The notes below the pieces were generated by a model that saw only the letters and a program-made list of their open reading frames with translations, had not been told where the DNA came from and did not search any database. The position numbers and the translations under genes were made by a program. From assembly GCA_012295275.1 (NCBI GenBank), contig CM022678.1, positions 9,176,001-9,240,000 of the forward strand: 64,000 bases of DNA, read 5' to 3'. The DNA comes from Chrysomallon squamiferum. Its lineage: Eukaryota; Animalia; Mollusca. How positions within the stretch are numbered: position 1 is the first letter of the stretch; each line of letters starts with the position of its first letter. Positions 14,476-28,075 of the stretch are shown here, piece after piece.

Positions 14476-17400
14476 AAGAAGAAGAAGAAGAAGAAGAAGA
14501 AGAAGAAGAAGAAAGAAGAAGAAAAACAACAACAACAACAACCTGCAACAATGATAATAATTGTGATATTAGCAATAAGAATAGTAATTTAAATAATAAT
14601 AGTAAACATATCTACTGGTCTAATATTAATACTAATATTAATCAGAATAATAATTTTTATTACAATAAAGTAACACATGAAAAAATTGTATTGTTTTAAA
14701 CTTTTAAATAGTTAACTGTCAACAATACCTGTAGCTATTGTAAGATGATGATGGAAGGAGAAGAATTAATACAGAAAGAAATAATTTTTGAAAAATAATT
14801 TTATAATAATTTGTTTAAACATTTAAAATATCTTTTAATAAAATACTGAAACAGCAACAAAATAAACATAAAAATTAAAAATGATGTCAGGTTGTTTCAC
14901 ATAAATAATTCATCAGAGGCACACACACAACATACAAACACATATTTAAATTGGTATATTCAACAAACATAACAAAGGAGTGAAATCTCAGATATAAATT
15001 TTGGGAGTGACAACAAACAAAAAACACAACAAATGCAGAGGGAAGAGGGCTTTGCAGCTGCTGTCAGGAGACAATTTACCGTCCCTTTCAATGAATTTAT
15101 TATACACAATTAATCTTCAAAAATGTAAACAACAACTAAATTTCAGGATGGATGCCAAAATTTAAAAAAAATTCAGTTTCTTGACCCAACAATTCTTTTA
15201 AAATGAAGAATTCACTCCTTTAAGGTTTGTTGACTTTTTGCTGTTAGGCTAATATTAAAACATTTAATGCATCAGTATTCTTCAAAAACAATTCTTTATC
15301 TATATATTTTATACAAACTCATCAACTTAATAAAATATAAAATTTTATTCATTTTACATATTTTTAATAATTGTTCATTGATTTATTTATTTAGCTTTTT
15401 TTTTAAAAATCATTTATTAAGAAATATGTAGAAATCTGATCTTCCACAAGTTTCATCAACAATTCTTTTATATGAAGATTCACATTAAAGACAGACTTTT
15501 TTTACACTGGAATTGTTTCATTCAGGATGATATTTCTACTACCTGAATCAAAGTGTATAATTACTTGTTGTCTACCACATCAAGTCTACTATTTCAAGTC
15601 AGTGGAACCTCAAGTCTCAGATCCTAGGTTCCTTAGGTTTGTAAATTGTAATCTTTACTGTAGAGGTAATTATGTACTGTTATTTATCATATCCATCTGA
15701 ATTCATTTTATTTATAAACAAACAACTGTGGTTTATTGTCAATCTCTAATCAACAGTAAAACAATGAATTTATGTAGCTATTCATGATCTTCCATGTGAC
15801 CAGCTAGTGGTAACCAGTCTTCAAATGCAGTACTTGGTCACAACCACAAACCTCTATCAATTAACTGAACAGTGTGAAAAGGAAAATGTCTAAAATTGAT
15901 GTAACTGGAAAAATTAGAAGCATTTTTTTTTTTTTGTGATTCAGACTTGAGTTTATAAAACTATATGTAGCAGATAGAGAACACCAATAAAATACTTTCC
16001 TTTCCAATGAATTATTAATACATTTTATTTAAGGGAAATAAATGAAGTTCCATAAGCCTATTGCAAAATGTGGTCACATGGCACTGAATAAAAATGGATG
16101 CAAAGTGAACTTCCAAGTGATAATATAAAAATAAAAACAAATGTAGACTAACTTTAGTAGAAAACAGTGATTATTTCACGTATCACCAGACTGCATGAAC
16201 CATGTGTGTGTGTGAAATACTAACAGTCTGCTGGATTCTGTTATCTGCAACCTGTTGATGAGTCCTTCCATCAACACTCTACCAGTCAAAGTTTCTCTTG
16301 TGAGATCTCATGTGTCAAAGTTATACAGAAACTACACTGAGCAGCTACACCAACAGTGACACCTGTAAATATTAACAGTAAAATAAATTTAAAATTTAAA
16401 TTCTTACACACACACACACACTCATATACACACACTCACACACCTGTAACAAAATATCTGTTTTTAGATTCTGCTGTAGAAAACAAATATTTATTTGTGA
16501 CCATTCAGCACAAAATGGATTGCTTGTCATAAAGTTTACATTTTTTGTTTTTTAACTTTTCTAGATGAGCTTTGTCTTAGCAGTGAAAATTATATAAAAA
16601 TCTAAAATATTGTTCCCAAGATATTAGTGATTGAACATTCTAACTTTCCATAATGAGATTCTTGTAAAACACAATTAAATAATAATGATTATCATTTAAG
16701 CATTTTCCATACCAACAACTATACCATATAAATAGGATCTGTAAAAAATGTCCTGATGTTTGAAGACAGTATTTATTCTGTTTTTGTACAACAGTTTATT
16801 TTAAAAAGAAATTCACAAAATATAAATTTTTGACTGAATGCATTAAACTAGAAATACCTGATTCAGCAGAAGTAATTTAATACTCATCAAACAACATAAA
16901 ACATAAAATTATAAAAGGAGATCTTTGTTGAGAAGAAAAGACAATCACCACTATTTAAAGTCTTCAGCTGTATTTTTCTGTATTTTTTAATCATACATTA
17001 GAACATTTCCTTATACATAAAATAATCTCATATTAATGCTTCAACATTTTCAGCATTACAATCATTTAAAATATTATCTCATTGTGCAGAATTCCAAGCT
17101 TTCACAAAAACTGTGCTTGTAGCTGAAAGTTAGTTTGGAAAATGTGTGCACTCTTTTGACTTCTTTACATGATGTGCTGGTATTGAGGAATGAGAGGAAG
17201 GCTGTCATACAATCTACAGTTTACTGCCCTTTACCTTAATTTCATTACTGAAACTACACAATGTGATATCTGACTCATATCATGCTGGCTAGTCACATTT
17301 GATGTTTTTTAAAAATTAACATGCTATTGTACTATTTAATTTCTTATTATTTTAAAAATTATTATTATTATAAATAATCAAAAGATGTGCTGATAAAAAG

Positions 17401-18861
17401 AACTGTCAGTGTGTAAAATACAGTTTAAATTTGTGAATTAATAAAACAAAGAAACAAAACTCAGATGAACTGGTCACCTGTAGACTGCACACACAACACA
17501 CCAGCTCTGCATGTCAGAGTACGAGTCTGGAAAATTCTCCCTCATCTTCTACCATTAGCACTTGTGTGATCTTTTTCTCTTTTCTAAAAGTGTGAAAATG
17601 TTTTGAGAATAGAATAAAATATAAATTTAGTTTGTTTTTTATTTTTTGTTTTATGTTTTGTTTCTTTGTTAACTTTCTTTAATTTTTCTGTATGAGAGTT
17701 GTTTCCCTTTCACCATGATTAACCCGTTATTTTATTATTATGTAAAGCAGTTTCAAACTTAAATAAGTGTGTTAAATACTGCAACTTTTTATCCTATGTT
17801 ATTTTTACATTAAAGACAAGTGCAAATGGTTAATTATAAAACTGTTTACTTCCTAAATAATGAAACAATAAATGACTCAAGTACTTTTTTTGTTAACTAA
17901 AATTTTAGAGTTGTCCCACAATTAACAGTTGACTCTAAAACCCAATATATTGTAATTTAGAAAATTCACTTTTCTTTTGAAAAGCAAGTTACTGTCATAA
18001 ACACAATTAAAAACATTCTTTTCTTGGACATGTACACACTTTTAAATGAGATAATAAGAATAACAAATAATAATAAAAATAAATAGCCATTTATAATATT
18101 TTATTTTAAAACAATTTTAAAAATCTGTTTTTCCAAAATACAACATTCATAAATGTTGTGTCACCAGATGAATTGCTGCTATCATTTTACTGTTACTGAC
18201 TGTTATCTCTGTCAATAGAATAACATTAAAACCATTTTTCTCAAGAATCTAAATCAAATACAACAAGGTGTAACAAAAAGGGCAGTACCTGAGGTAAATG
18301 AAGATTTTATAACAGAGCTGGGATCCTTCCTCCAGTTTGTTCAGATTGTAGTCAGCCAATGTTTCACCAGAAATCTTCACAGTCAGGTAGACTTATAGTG
18401 TCTCACACCAGAGAACTGTGTGAAATAACAAAAATATGTGATATACTGAAATTTAAAAAACAATCACATTTAGCCATCATCACAGAAGTCATAAAACAAA
18501 TCTTTATAATAATAACAATAACAAAATAAAAATAACAATAATGATAATTAAAACAGATAAATAAATTATATTAATAATAATAATGATGACAGTAAGAAGA
18601 AAAACAATAAACTGAAATCATAAATAAATAAATAATCCATTTAACGAAGGACCCTGTCTAATAATAAAGATTTTTTCATGATTTTATCTTTTCATTTTTC
18701 ATTATTTTCCCCAATCCTTGACAATTTTAGGCTACTTAATTACATTAAATTCCTTATAAATGTTAAAGAGAAATAAAACTTTTGCCACACACCAGAGGAA
18801 TGTGGTTTCAGCTGATTTTCAGATAATCCTCACAGGTTCTTGATAGAACAAAACTGGATTC

Positions 18862-18898
<37 letters not shown>

Positions 18899-19619
18899 TA
18901 TCTGATCATTCTTTGAAGCTAAATTTTATATCAAACAACATTTATAATTAAAATAAACCATATATCTGTGATACTTAAGGATTGTCATTCTTATAAACTA
19001 AATAAAAAAACAAAAACAACTAACCTCTGAATCCAGTGAAAATGCAGGTGACATCACATCAGCAATAGCAGATCAAAATGCTGAAGAAGGATTTCAACTT
19101 TCAGTAACAAGCAGTCACAGTTACCACTGAACATAGAAAAACCTGAGTTGTATAAGCATATAACAAAATACATGCATAAACATACAATAAATGGTTATAG
19201 TTAAAAACTTTTATCTAATTATATATTTCTCTACATTAAATATTTAAATAAAACTTTTAACAATAAAAAAAAAAAAATGTCCTGAATATAAGACAATTAT
19301 CTCTCTATTATTTGAACTTTTAGAGATCATACATTACTTTATTTTCATATCACAGAAACACAGACCAGGAAATACACATATTATTTAATATATCAAAACA
19401 TTTTCTTTGTGGAAGTTTCTTACACAACCCCTGTTGAATATCTAGTACAGATTATTTGCATATAATGGATGCATCATGCATGTTCATAACTATAATGCAA
19501 AATAAATCAGTTTTTAAAAAACTATTTTAATTACCAAGTTATGAACTAAGCCAAGTAAAAATATCTGAAACATTTCAACATTCTGAATATAACAGTATCT
19601 GTGTCTTAATCTTATATGT

Positions 19620-22600
19620 GGCTCTTACTACAGAAATGGGGTTTATGGTTTTTCTGACAAGCCTTGATCCAGTTTCTTCAGTACACTCCTGTACCTCATC
19701 ATGCAGCTTGAGGTCTTTGTAATCTACTTAAACACTGCAAACTCTGATCAGACTGGGTGAATGTACACTCTGATCTGCATCTACAATGGTAAGTCCTGTT
19801 TCTGCAGTCAGAACCACACATAACAATAACAACCCATTCCTCCAGTTAAAGGACACAACTGATTCATACATTTGTCAATGCACAACCAACTTTACAATCT
19901 CATCAACCAGTGACAATGAGTCTTCTGCTTCCTCACCTTCACCTACATAATTTTCAGTTATCCTTGTGTTAGTGGAGTATCAGACACTGAAATCACACTT
20001 ACTGGTTCATCTGGTGTTGAGATTCAGAGAAACAGTGGCTTCCAGTTATCTCCCCTTGACTGGAAATACATCAGCTGTGATGGGTGATGTTTGAGCAGGT
20101 TTCCTAGGCTTTGTTGGAGATGTTGTCCTCTTTCTGGGAGTCTCGTCTCTTTCCTCTGCTTTTGAATGATTTAAGTGTTTTTCTTTGGCTGGTTTTAGCT
20201 CAGCTGGCATTAAAGGTTCAAATTTTTCTCCATGATCACTGACATTCGACTGTTGAGGTTGGTCACCTGGTGTGACATTCTTCAACTTCATGCTGTCAGA
20301 ATGCTGTAGTTGAACATGGTCGGCTGCAGTGTCTGTGGGGCTCAAGGTCACCAACATTGAGCTGCTCATCAGCAAAACTTTCACACGACATTAACCAAGA
20401 AAGTGGACAACTTGCTTGTCTGATTCTGATTGGTGGGTGCCTCATCTGAGTAGATAAATAAATAAATAAACAAATCAATCAATCAATCAATCAATCAATA
20501 ACTTACTGAATCTGATATTAAATAAATTTAAAAAAAACACAAATAGAATATTAAATAAAGAATTAATCAGTTTTCTTTATTTTTTCCCAATTCAACAAAG
20601 AAATCTATTATTTTATAATTACCACAACAAAAACAACAACAACTACTACTACTACGACTACTGCTCCTGTTGCCACAGCTACTTTTCATTTTACTTTTAT
20701 CATACAATTTCTCATTTAACTGTCATATACTCACACTCCCTCCATTACTACTACTACTGCAACAACAAAATTACTATTAGTACTGCTACTACTACTAAAA
20801 CTAGTACTATGACTACAGCTAGTATTTTTCTGACCATTAGCCACACAAGATACATTATGATCACAAAGTATCATCGGCTATAATATCACCTATTACTACA
20901 AAGAAGAACTATTATTATTAAGTGCTAATGCTATAACAACTACACTACTACAACAGTGGGTTGTACTACTATTACTAATATTACTATAACAACAACAACA
21001 ACCTCTGCAGATGCGCTTGTTTCTGCCAGGTTAGTACAGATTCTTTGATGACATTTCTCTCCTGTGGCAAGCTCACAGAATCAGTTCTTCCTATGTACCC
21101 AGCAGTGGCTGAAAAACACCAGTCTTTTATTTATTTATTTATTTATTTATTTGCAGTTTATTTATTTATTTGCAGATATATAAAATATTTGTCTTTCTGA
21201 CAGATACCTATATTAATAACTAATATTTTATTCTGATATATTTTTTTCAAATTACTACATTATAAGTATAGTAAAAATTTTAGAATCATCAAATTATAGT
21301 TAAAACTCAGGCAAAATTAATTCTTAATCCTGGCCACACACTCTTTTTTGTTGTTTATCTTTAGTGATATAATGAACAGTTCTACATAAATAATTAACAT
21401 TAAACCAATACATAAATTTTCTTCTGTAAATAATTTTTCAATAAAATTCATAAGCATTTTCTAATACATCTTCCATTTTTCTAATTAATCCATTTACTGT
21501 TTTTAGTTCTTTAATAGAATTTAATTTCTGTTTTGATTTTTCTAAACTGAAACAAATGATGTATTTCTATCCATATCTAGATTCCATTGAGCTTTAGATC
21601 TTAAAATAGCACCATTACACTTACATCTCTCTATTAAATTTAACTTTTCATGTTACTCAAATCACAATGTCTATTTATAGCTAGTTTAGCATATTCTCAT
21701 TTTAAAGCATTTTTTTATGTTATAATATTTCTTGTTGTATAATTTTCTCTTATTTGGTGCAAAATGTTTTATATTTTAAGTTATTTGATCAAAGAACAGG
21801 TTCAGTTTGTAACAAAGGACACTCAGAAGCATTATTAATTACTTCAACAAGAGCTTTACAGAAAAGTTCATCTTTCAACAATTCATTATTAAAAATCCAA
21901 ATACCCTGACCTGTCTCTAAACAAGAAAAATCTATTTCAAGTGATAATAAATTGTGATCACTAACTGAGGTATAGGATATGTATACATTACTCATAAACT
22001 GTAATAAATTTCTAAAAATTAAACCAAGAAATCAATTCTTGACTGATTTATAGTTTTTTAAACAATTTCAGATCTAGTAAACTCTCTTTTATCTGGATTT
22101 CTGTGTCACCAAATATCAACTAAATTATAATTATAAATATCTGTAATTTATTACCACTTTTCATACTGAAAGTTTTATTATTAATGCCTAAATCTAAATT
22201 AGGATCTAAAATATCATTAAAATCTCCTGTCATTAATATATTTTTAAAATCCACAAATTTACATAATCATTTAAAAATAAAATATTTTCTGCAATATTAT
22301 TTGGTGCATATACACTTATAAAACTATGTTCATCACCATCTATTTTAGTATTAATTTTTAAAATCCTGCCTGCAGTGTTGCAACTATCAAAGGTAAACTT
22401 CAATCTTTTGATATCAGTATTGCTACACCCCTCCAGTATAAACACTAAAACTGAATATGACAAAATTCCAATGTTTCCAGTACAATAATAAATTTCATAA
22501 ATTCATTTAATAAAAGATAAAATTCAATTGTGGGCTTGCAATGTAATTAAAAACTCTCACAAAACTTACTTTCTGCTTCCTGACCATTCAGCAGCTGTCC

Positions 22601-22915
22601 TGTCTCTGTCAGTTTTATCATTTCAAACCAGAAGAACAGCTCTGTGAGAAAGGCTAAGAGGTTTTCTCGTATACTGTCTCGTGTGTACAGGAGATCCTCG
22701 TAGGTGAAATGGAAAAAGTTGATGGAAGATGCCGTTCACAGAATGTTTTGGTGAGGCGTAGATTATGTAAAGGATTAGCTATTCCTAACCCGTCTTTCAA
22801 ACATATATCTGAAGAAAAAATAAACAACAATGAGGCAATTAATATTTAATAACACAGTAAAAGAGGTTAAGGAGGATGAAAAGGATGTGATAACTGACAG
22901 ACAGACAGACAGAAC

Positions 22916-22953
<38 letters not shown>

Positions 22954-24636
22954 ACAAATTATATTCAAAACCAAAAAAAAAAAAAAAAACCGACCTAATA
23001 ATAAAATATGAATTTTGTTGATTATGAAATATAAAATCAAAAAGCGCCCCAAAACCCCATCCTCTTTTAACTAGATATTAAGATTCATAAATTTACTTTA
23101 TGCTAAATTTAAAGTTACCATGTGATTCATACTGTTTATTTACAAAAAAAATGTGTTATTTAACAAACCATGAAAACTGAGACACTTCAGACAACAGAGA
23201 CGACAGACAACAGCTACTGTACATATGTCTCATGTCTTTTAGTATGTCTGTCATCACAGGAACAGTCACACTGTCTGAAGGGCTGGCAGTTCCAATCTGG
23301 TAACAGGAAAGTTAAACATTTTAAAATATGATGCTTCTTGTCTTCTTCTTTTGTTTTATAATATAGAAATTTACAACAAAATAATCATATTGGTATGAAT
23401 GTAAGTATAGGAATGTGAGTGTGTGCCTGACAAATGTACATGGTAAAAAGTGTACTGTGTGTTTACAAGATACTAATGTAATTTGTGTGTATGTGCATGT
23501 CTACCTACTGATATATTATTAACAAACTGCAACCTCCTGCATTAAATTAAATTAAACTTAATTATGTTTAGAACAATGAGAAATATTTAAATAAAAACAA
23601 CTCCAATTAAAAACAATGCAGCAGTACAAACTTTATTTAAGCAGACTATAATTGTGTCCTCAGTGCCTGATGGAAGTTCACTGGATGCGTTAAAAGTTGT
23701 AATTCATCTGAAAGTTTTAAAATTGCTTGTTCAAAATGTTGAATTTAAAGTATGAGGTCTCTTTATGCTATATGATAAATTATACAAAACATGCACCCCA
23801 AATATCATTCTCCTTCTCCCTCTCTCCCTGTCTCTCCATTCCTTAATCCTCTCTCTCTCTCATACATTAGTACATTTGCATGTTTAACTGCAATCATCAT
23901 AATCCTTCGCCTTCTTTTCAGCTATCATTTAATAATCAAAGTAGAAAAATGAATACTTTAACTATACCTCAGCTTTAACTGAAATATAATTTACCAAAAT
24001 ATAAAAGGAAGAAAAGTAAATCAACTTTGACAGAGTCAAACTAACTCAGTTTAATAATAAAAAAAAAAAAAAAAATCAAATTTTAATATTTAACAAGATA
24101 ATAATATAAATAAATAAATAAACAAAAACAACAGCATACCTGATGGCAGGGACAGCACATTCTTCTGAAACAACTTCACTGGCATATGCCAACATCAGCG
24201 CATCAATTAGAGCTATATGTACATTCTAAAAGAAAAAAGAAATAAAATAATAATAAAAATAATAACTAAGCAGTTATAAATAAATAACTAATACGTCTGT
24301 TATTATCAAAATATAAATTTAACTATATTATTCAGACAAAGTGTGCTTTGGGATATCTTCAATATACTTTGTTATTAATAAATAATGCAACATAATTATT
24401 ATATTAAACAGATTACAAAACAATAGCAAATAAGTGAATTTTATTACACTATTTTATAATCAATAAAGAGTTTCTACAAAACTTATTTTACTCTCTAAGA
24501 CACGAACATAAAATAAATTATACTCACAACTCAGAATGGTGCAGTTTGCATAAGAATGGTTTCTGTAACAGGTGATTCATCCTTCTCCATGATGTAAATT
24601 CCCTTTCTTGACAGATGTGAATAATAATACAGTGAC
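19620..24636 (-). pseudogene. CAMSAP: CAMSAP/patronin unprocessed pseudogene fragment, left copy
   Basis: GT-AG-bounded exons in the correct order. 24528-24636: GH.../HLSRKGIYIMEKDESPVTETILMQTAPF*. 24140-24225: NVHIALIDALMLAYASEVVSEECAVPAIR. 23707-~23615: *ITTFNASSELPSGTEDTIIVCLNKVC. 23169-23296: VPVMTDILKD. 22570-22808: DICLKDGLGIANPLHNLRLTKTFCERHLP/FFHFTYEDLLYTRDSIRENLLAFLTELFFWFE. 20445-~19620 includes EPLMPAELKPAKEK...KAEERD. These match recalled CAMSAP motifs (LSRKGIYV, AHMAMVDALMMAY, DICLKE...LYNL...EDMLY...AELFWWFE, PLMPAVLKPAKEK). Frameshifts and stops are present. Confidence 0.9.
21380..22400 (-). mobile_element. Decayed L1/Tx1-type LINE ORF2 fragment (APE endonuclease and downstream region) in a CAMSAP pseudo-intron
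   Basis: Motifs GRILKINTKIDG..FISVYAPNN, GDFNDILDPNLD, SRIDF, SDHNLLSLEID...GQGIWIFNNELLKDE and GAILRSKAQW, with many stops and frameshifts. Confidence 0.85.
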
Positions 24637-24798
24637 CTACGAAAAATAGCAATGTCAATAGTAAATATAATGTTTATTTTTTGGAAGTACATGATATTTT
24701 TTGTTATCAATCTACATTTGTCTGATAAATGCATTTTTCTCTGCCTTATTATCGTTTGTGAATGTTATAATAAATTTATTTACATATGAAATTGCCAA

Positions 24799-24859
<61 letters not shown>

Positions 24860-26846
24860 ACGATTATAGTTTATTATAGTTTATACGGTGAACACCTCTC
24901 TTTCTGCTTCTTTCACACATACACTGATACAGTGATACACATTACATCATGATCATGTTTACCTCGTTCCATGGCTGAAAATCTGCGCATAATCCGCATT
25001 CGATTCACGCTTGGATTCACACAAACATAAAACATCCCAATCCATTTGGATTCTCGTGAAATATTTCCAAAATTCTATTAAATTGAATAATCAACAAGTA
25101 AAACGTTACCGAATTAAAAACAAAAATAAACTGGCTGTCAAACATCAGTTCAAACTGGTTTGAAAAGCGTAGCATACATTCGAATCCGTGTATGTTCGAA
25201 ACATCGTGGTTTATCGAGACTAGCCTGGCCTTAACCTAATTTTATTTAGTATTTAAGAAGTCATTAATTTGTTTATTCTCACAAAAATTATTATAAAATT
25301 TGTAGAAATTTATTCTGTATTCATTTCTGAACTAAAAATGAAATTAAGAAAAATATCCATAATAATTATAAATATTATTAATATTAATAAATAAATAATT
25401 GCGATAATAATTTTTAAGAAACAAAAAAGAACTGTTATAAATAAATAAATAAAAAATAAAGTAAATTAATAAAATAAAATAAAATAAAGTTAACTTAAAA
25501 AACAAAAATGCAACATAAAAAAATAAAATAAAAACGGGATAAAAAACAGTCATAACTATTCTTAAAAAACAAGGAACCCCCCACCCCGAAACCACCACCA
25601 CAAAATAAAAACACTTCCTCATAGTTAAAAATTAAAGTTTAAATGAAACAGATATATGATTGTATTTTATTTATTTATTTATTTTTTTTTTTTTTTTTTT
25701 AATTATTATTAATATTTTTTGCTACCAGGCCTTTTTCTGAGGAGAACGGATTCTGTTGGATATATACAGAGGACTCGAATGTCTCCGTCTATTCGACCGA
25801 GATGATCCGAACGGTCCCGATCACTTTTCCGATACTGGGTCAGCGAGACTCGTGGTTTTGTTTATCAAGACTACAGTTAGCGCCATGCCTATCCGGTCGA
25901 GAAAGTTAGTGTTATAAACCGATGTTGGCAAATTCAGGTAAGCCGATAAGTCCACTTTATCGAACTACTAGCAAACCTTTTGTATGAAATAAATATTTGA
26001 GATTAATACTGACTCTTGTGTTATATCTTATAGAGAAAAAGGCGACTTCCCCATAACCATTTTACCATCCCAATCGCCGAAACGGAACTTTGGTCGCAAT
26101 TAATTCTCAAACATTCTGACTTAATAATTTATAATTTTAATATTTTCGGTAACTTTTAAATATTTTTTTAATTTCTTTTTGTTTCGAAATTATATGTGAT
26201 AAATTTTATAATTTTTTTTTTTTTTTTTTACAATTTATTTATTAGGCTTGTCAATGATAAATGTAATTTTTCTCTCTACAGGATAAACAAGCCTTCTGCT
26301 GACCAGAAAAAAGACCAAGGTTGACCACTTGACCATGAGTGTAGTGAAGCGTTCATTGAAAAACATGACTTCTCCAGTCCTGGCAGTTAAGAGAAATTTG
26401 TACAGACTCAGACACTGAGATGTGCTCAACATGTTTGTAAACAGATGCTGGGTATAATGGACAAATAATTCAGTTTACTACAAGATTTTATAAATTACTT
26501 AATGCCACCTGAGAATGTTTTAATATTAATATTATTTTAATTTTGTTACTATTAATTAGGTATGTTTAGTGAACAATGAGTTAACAGTGAAAAGACAGTG
26601 ATTTATATCTATCATTAATTAATTCTATAATTATTGTTTGTTTATTTAATTTTTTAAATGATAAAATAAAATCATTATCATTTTTCAACTGATGCTGTTT
26701 TAAATGTTTTTATATTAATGTTAAATTGAGGTAAACAAAAAACTGATTAAAAAAATGAAGAAAAAAGAAACAAGTAAAAAACATTTTAAAAATAATAAAT
26801 TACTTTTGTTTCAGACTGAGAATGTAGAAGTCAGGGTTTGACATCG

Positions 26847-27046
26847 NNNNNNNNNNNNNNNNNNNNNNNNNNNNNNNNNNNNNNNNNNNNNNNNNNNNNN
26901 NNNNNNNNNNNNNNNNNNNNNNNNNNNNNNNNNNNNNNNNNNNNNNNNNNNNNNNNNNNNNNNNNNNNNNNNNNNNNNNNNNNNNNNNNNNNNNNNNNNN
27001 NNNNNNNNNNNNNNNNNNNNNNNNNNNNNNNNNNNNNNNNNNNNNN
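26847..27046. other. Assembly gap (exactly 200 N)
   Basis: A round fixed size is typical of a scaffolding join of unknown true length. Confidence 0.99.
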
Positions 27047-28044
27047 TTGGTATGCTTCGTTCGGTTACGTGTGTTTGTATGTGTGTCTGTGTGTTTGTAT
27101 GCGTGTTATGTGTTTGTATGTGTGTGTCTGTGTGTGTGTTTGTATGTGTGTCTGTGTGTTTGTATCCGTGTGTGTCTGTGTGTGTGTTTGTGTGTGTTTG
27201 TATGTGTGTGTGTGTTTATGTGTGTATGTTTGTATGTGTGTCTGTGTGTTTGTATGCGTGTTATGTGTTTGTATGTGTGTGTGTCTGTGTGTGTGTTTGT
27301 ATGTGTGTGTAAGTGGTGTGTGTGTGTGTTTGAATGTGTGTTTATGTGGTGAGTGTTTATGTGTGTGTTTGTATGTGGTGTGTTTGTCTTTTGTGTGACT
27401 GTGTATGTGTTTTTTATGTGTGTATATGGTGTGTGTGTGGTGTGTGTATGTGGTGTGTGTTTGATTGTGCGTGTGTATGTTGGTATATGTACGTGTGTAT
27501 CTGTGTGTACGAATGTGTGTATGTGTGTGTCTGTGTGTGTAAATGTATGTGTGTGTCTGTACGTCTGTGTATGTGTGTATGTATGTGTGTGTGAATGTGT
27601 GTATGTATCTGTGTATGTTTTTGTCTCTTTTTTCTTCTTTCCTTTTATTTGTTTATTTCATTCTTTCCATTAAAAAATAAATAAATAAGAAAGTAAATTA
27701 ACTTCATGTCTAACAGAGAAATTTATAAAATATGTGAAGCAGAATAAAAATGTAAAAGTTGAAAACTTTTTTCACACACGTGGGCCGACGGCGCGCACGT
27801 TTTGCACGTGTTGAAACATTTCTCCCGACCCGCGGGGAAAGTGTCACAGAGATTTTTCACATGTTGAAAATGCTAGGGATCTCCAAAACAATAATCTGTA
27901 TTAGCTGTTAATAATAAATTTATAATAAATCTCAACAGTGAACTGCTTTGTTCTACACTGATATTATACACATTAATTATATTATACAGACATACATACA
28001 GACATACATACATACATACATACATACATACATACATACATACA

Positions 28045-28075
<31 letters not shown>

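Larger units (their letters stand above)
9545..25240. repeat. Left arm of giant imperfect inverted duplication
   Basis: Colinear reverse-complement anchors: 9555-9640/58595-58680, ORF 10869-11054(-)/57147-57409(+), ORF 12627-12830(+)/55546-55749(-) with 65 of 67 aa identical, 18290-18420/51270-51405, 22570-22808/46065-46303, 25000-25222/44122-44345. Confidence 0.95.

Noticed and set aside
20046-20384. 112-aa stand-alone gene
   Set aside because: It is a residual open stretch of a CAMSAP pseudo-exon, lacks an ATG at its annotated start and is disrupted in the right-arm copy.
257-25222. A single 25-kb transposon bounded by inverted ~175-bp termini (257-432 and ~25048-25222)
   Set aside because: No target-site duplication is visible, and the 257 copy shares its outer flank with the 44122 copy, so segmental duplication explains it more simply.
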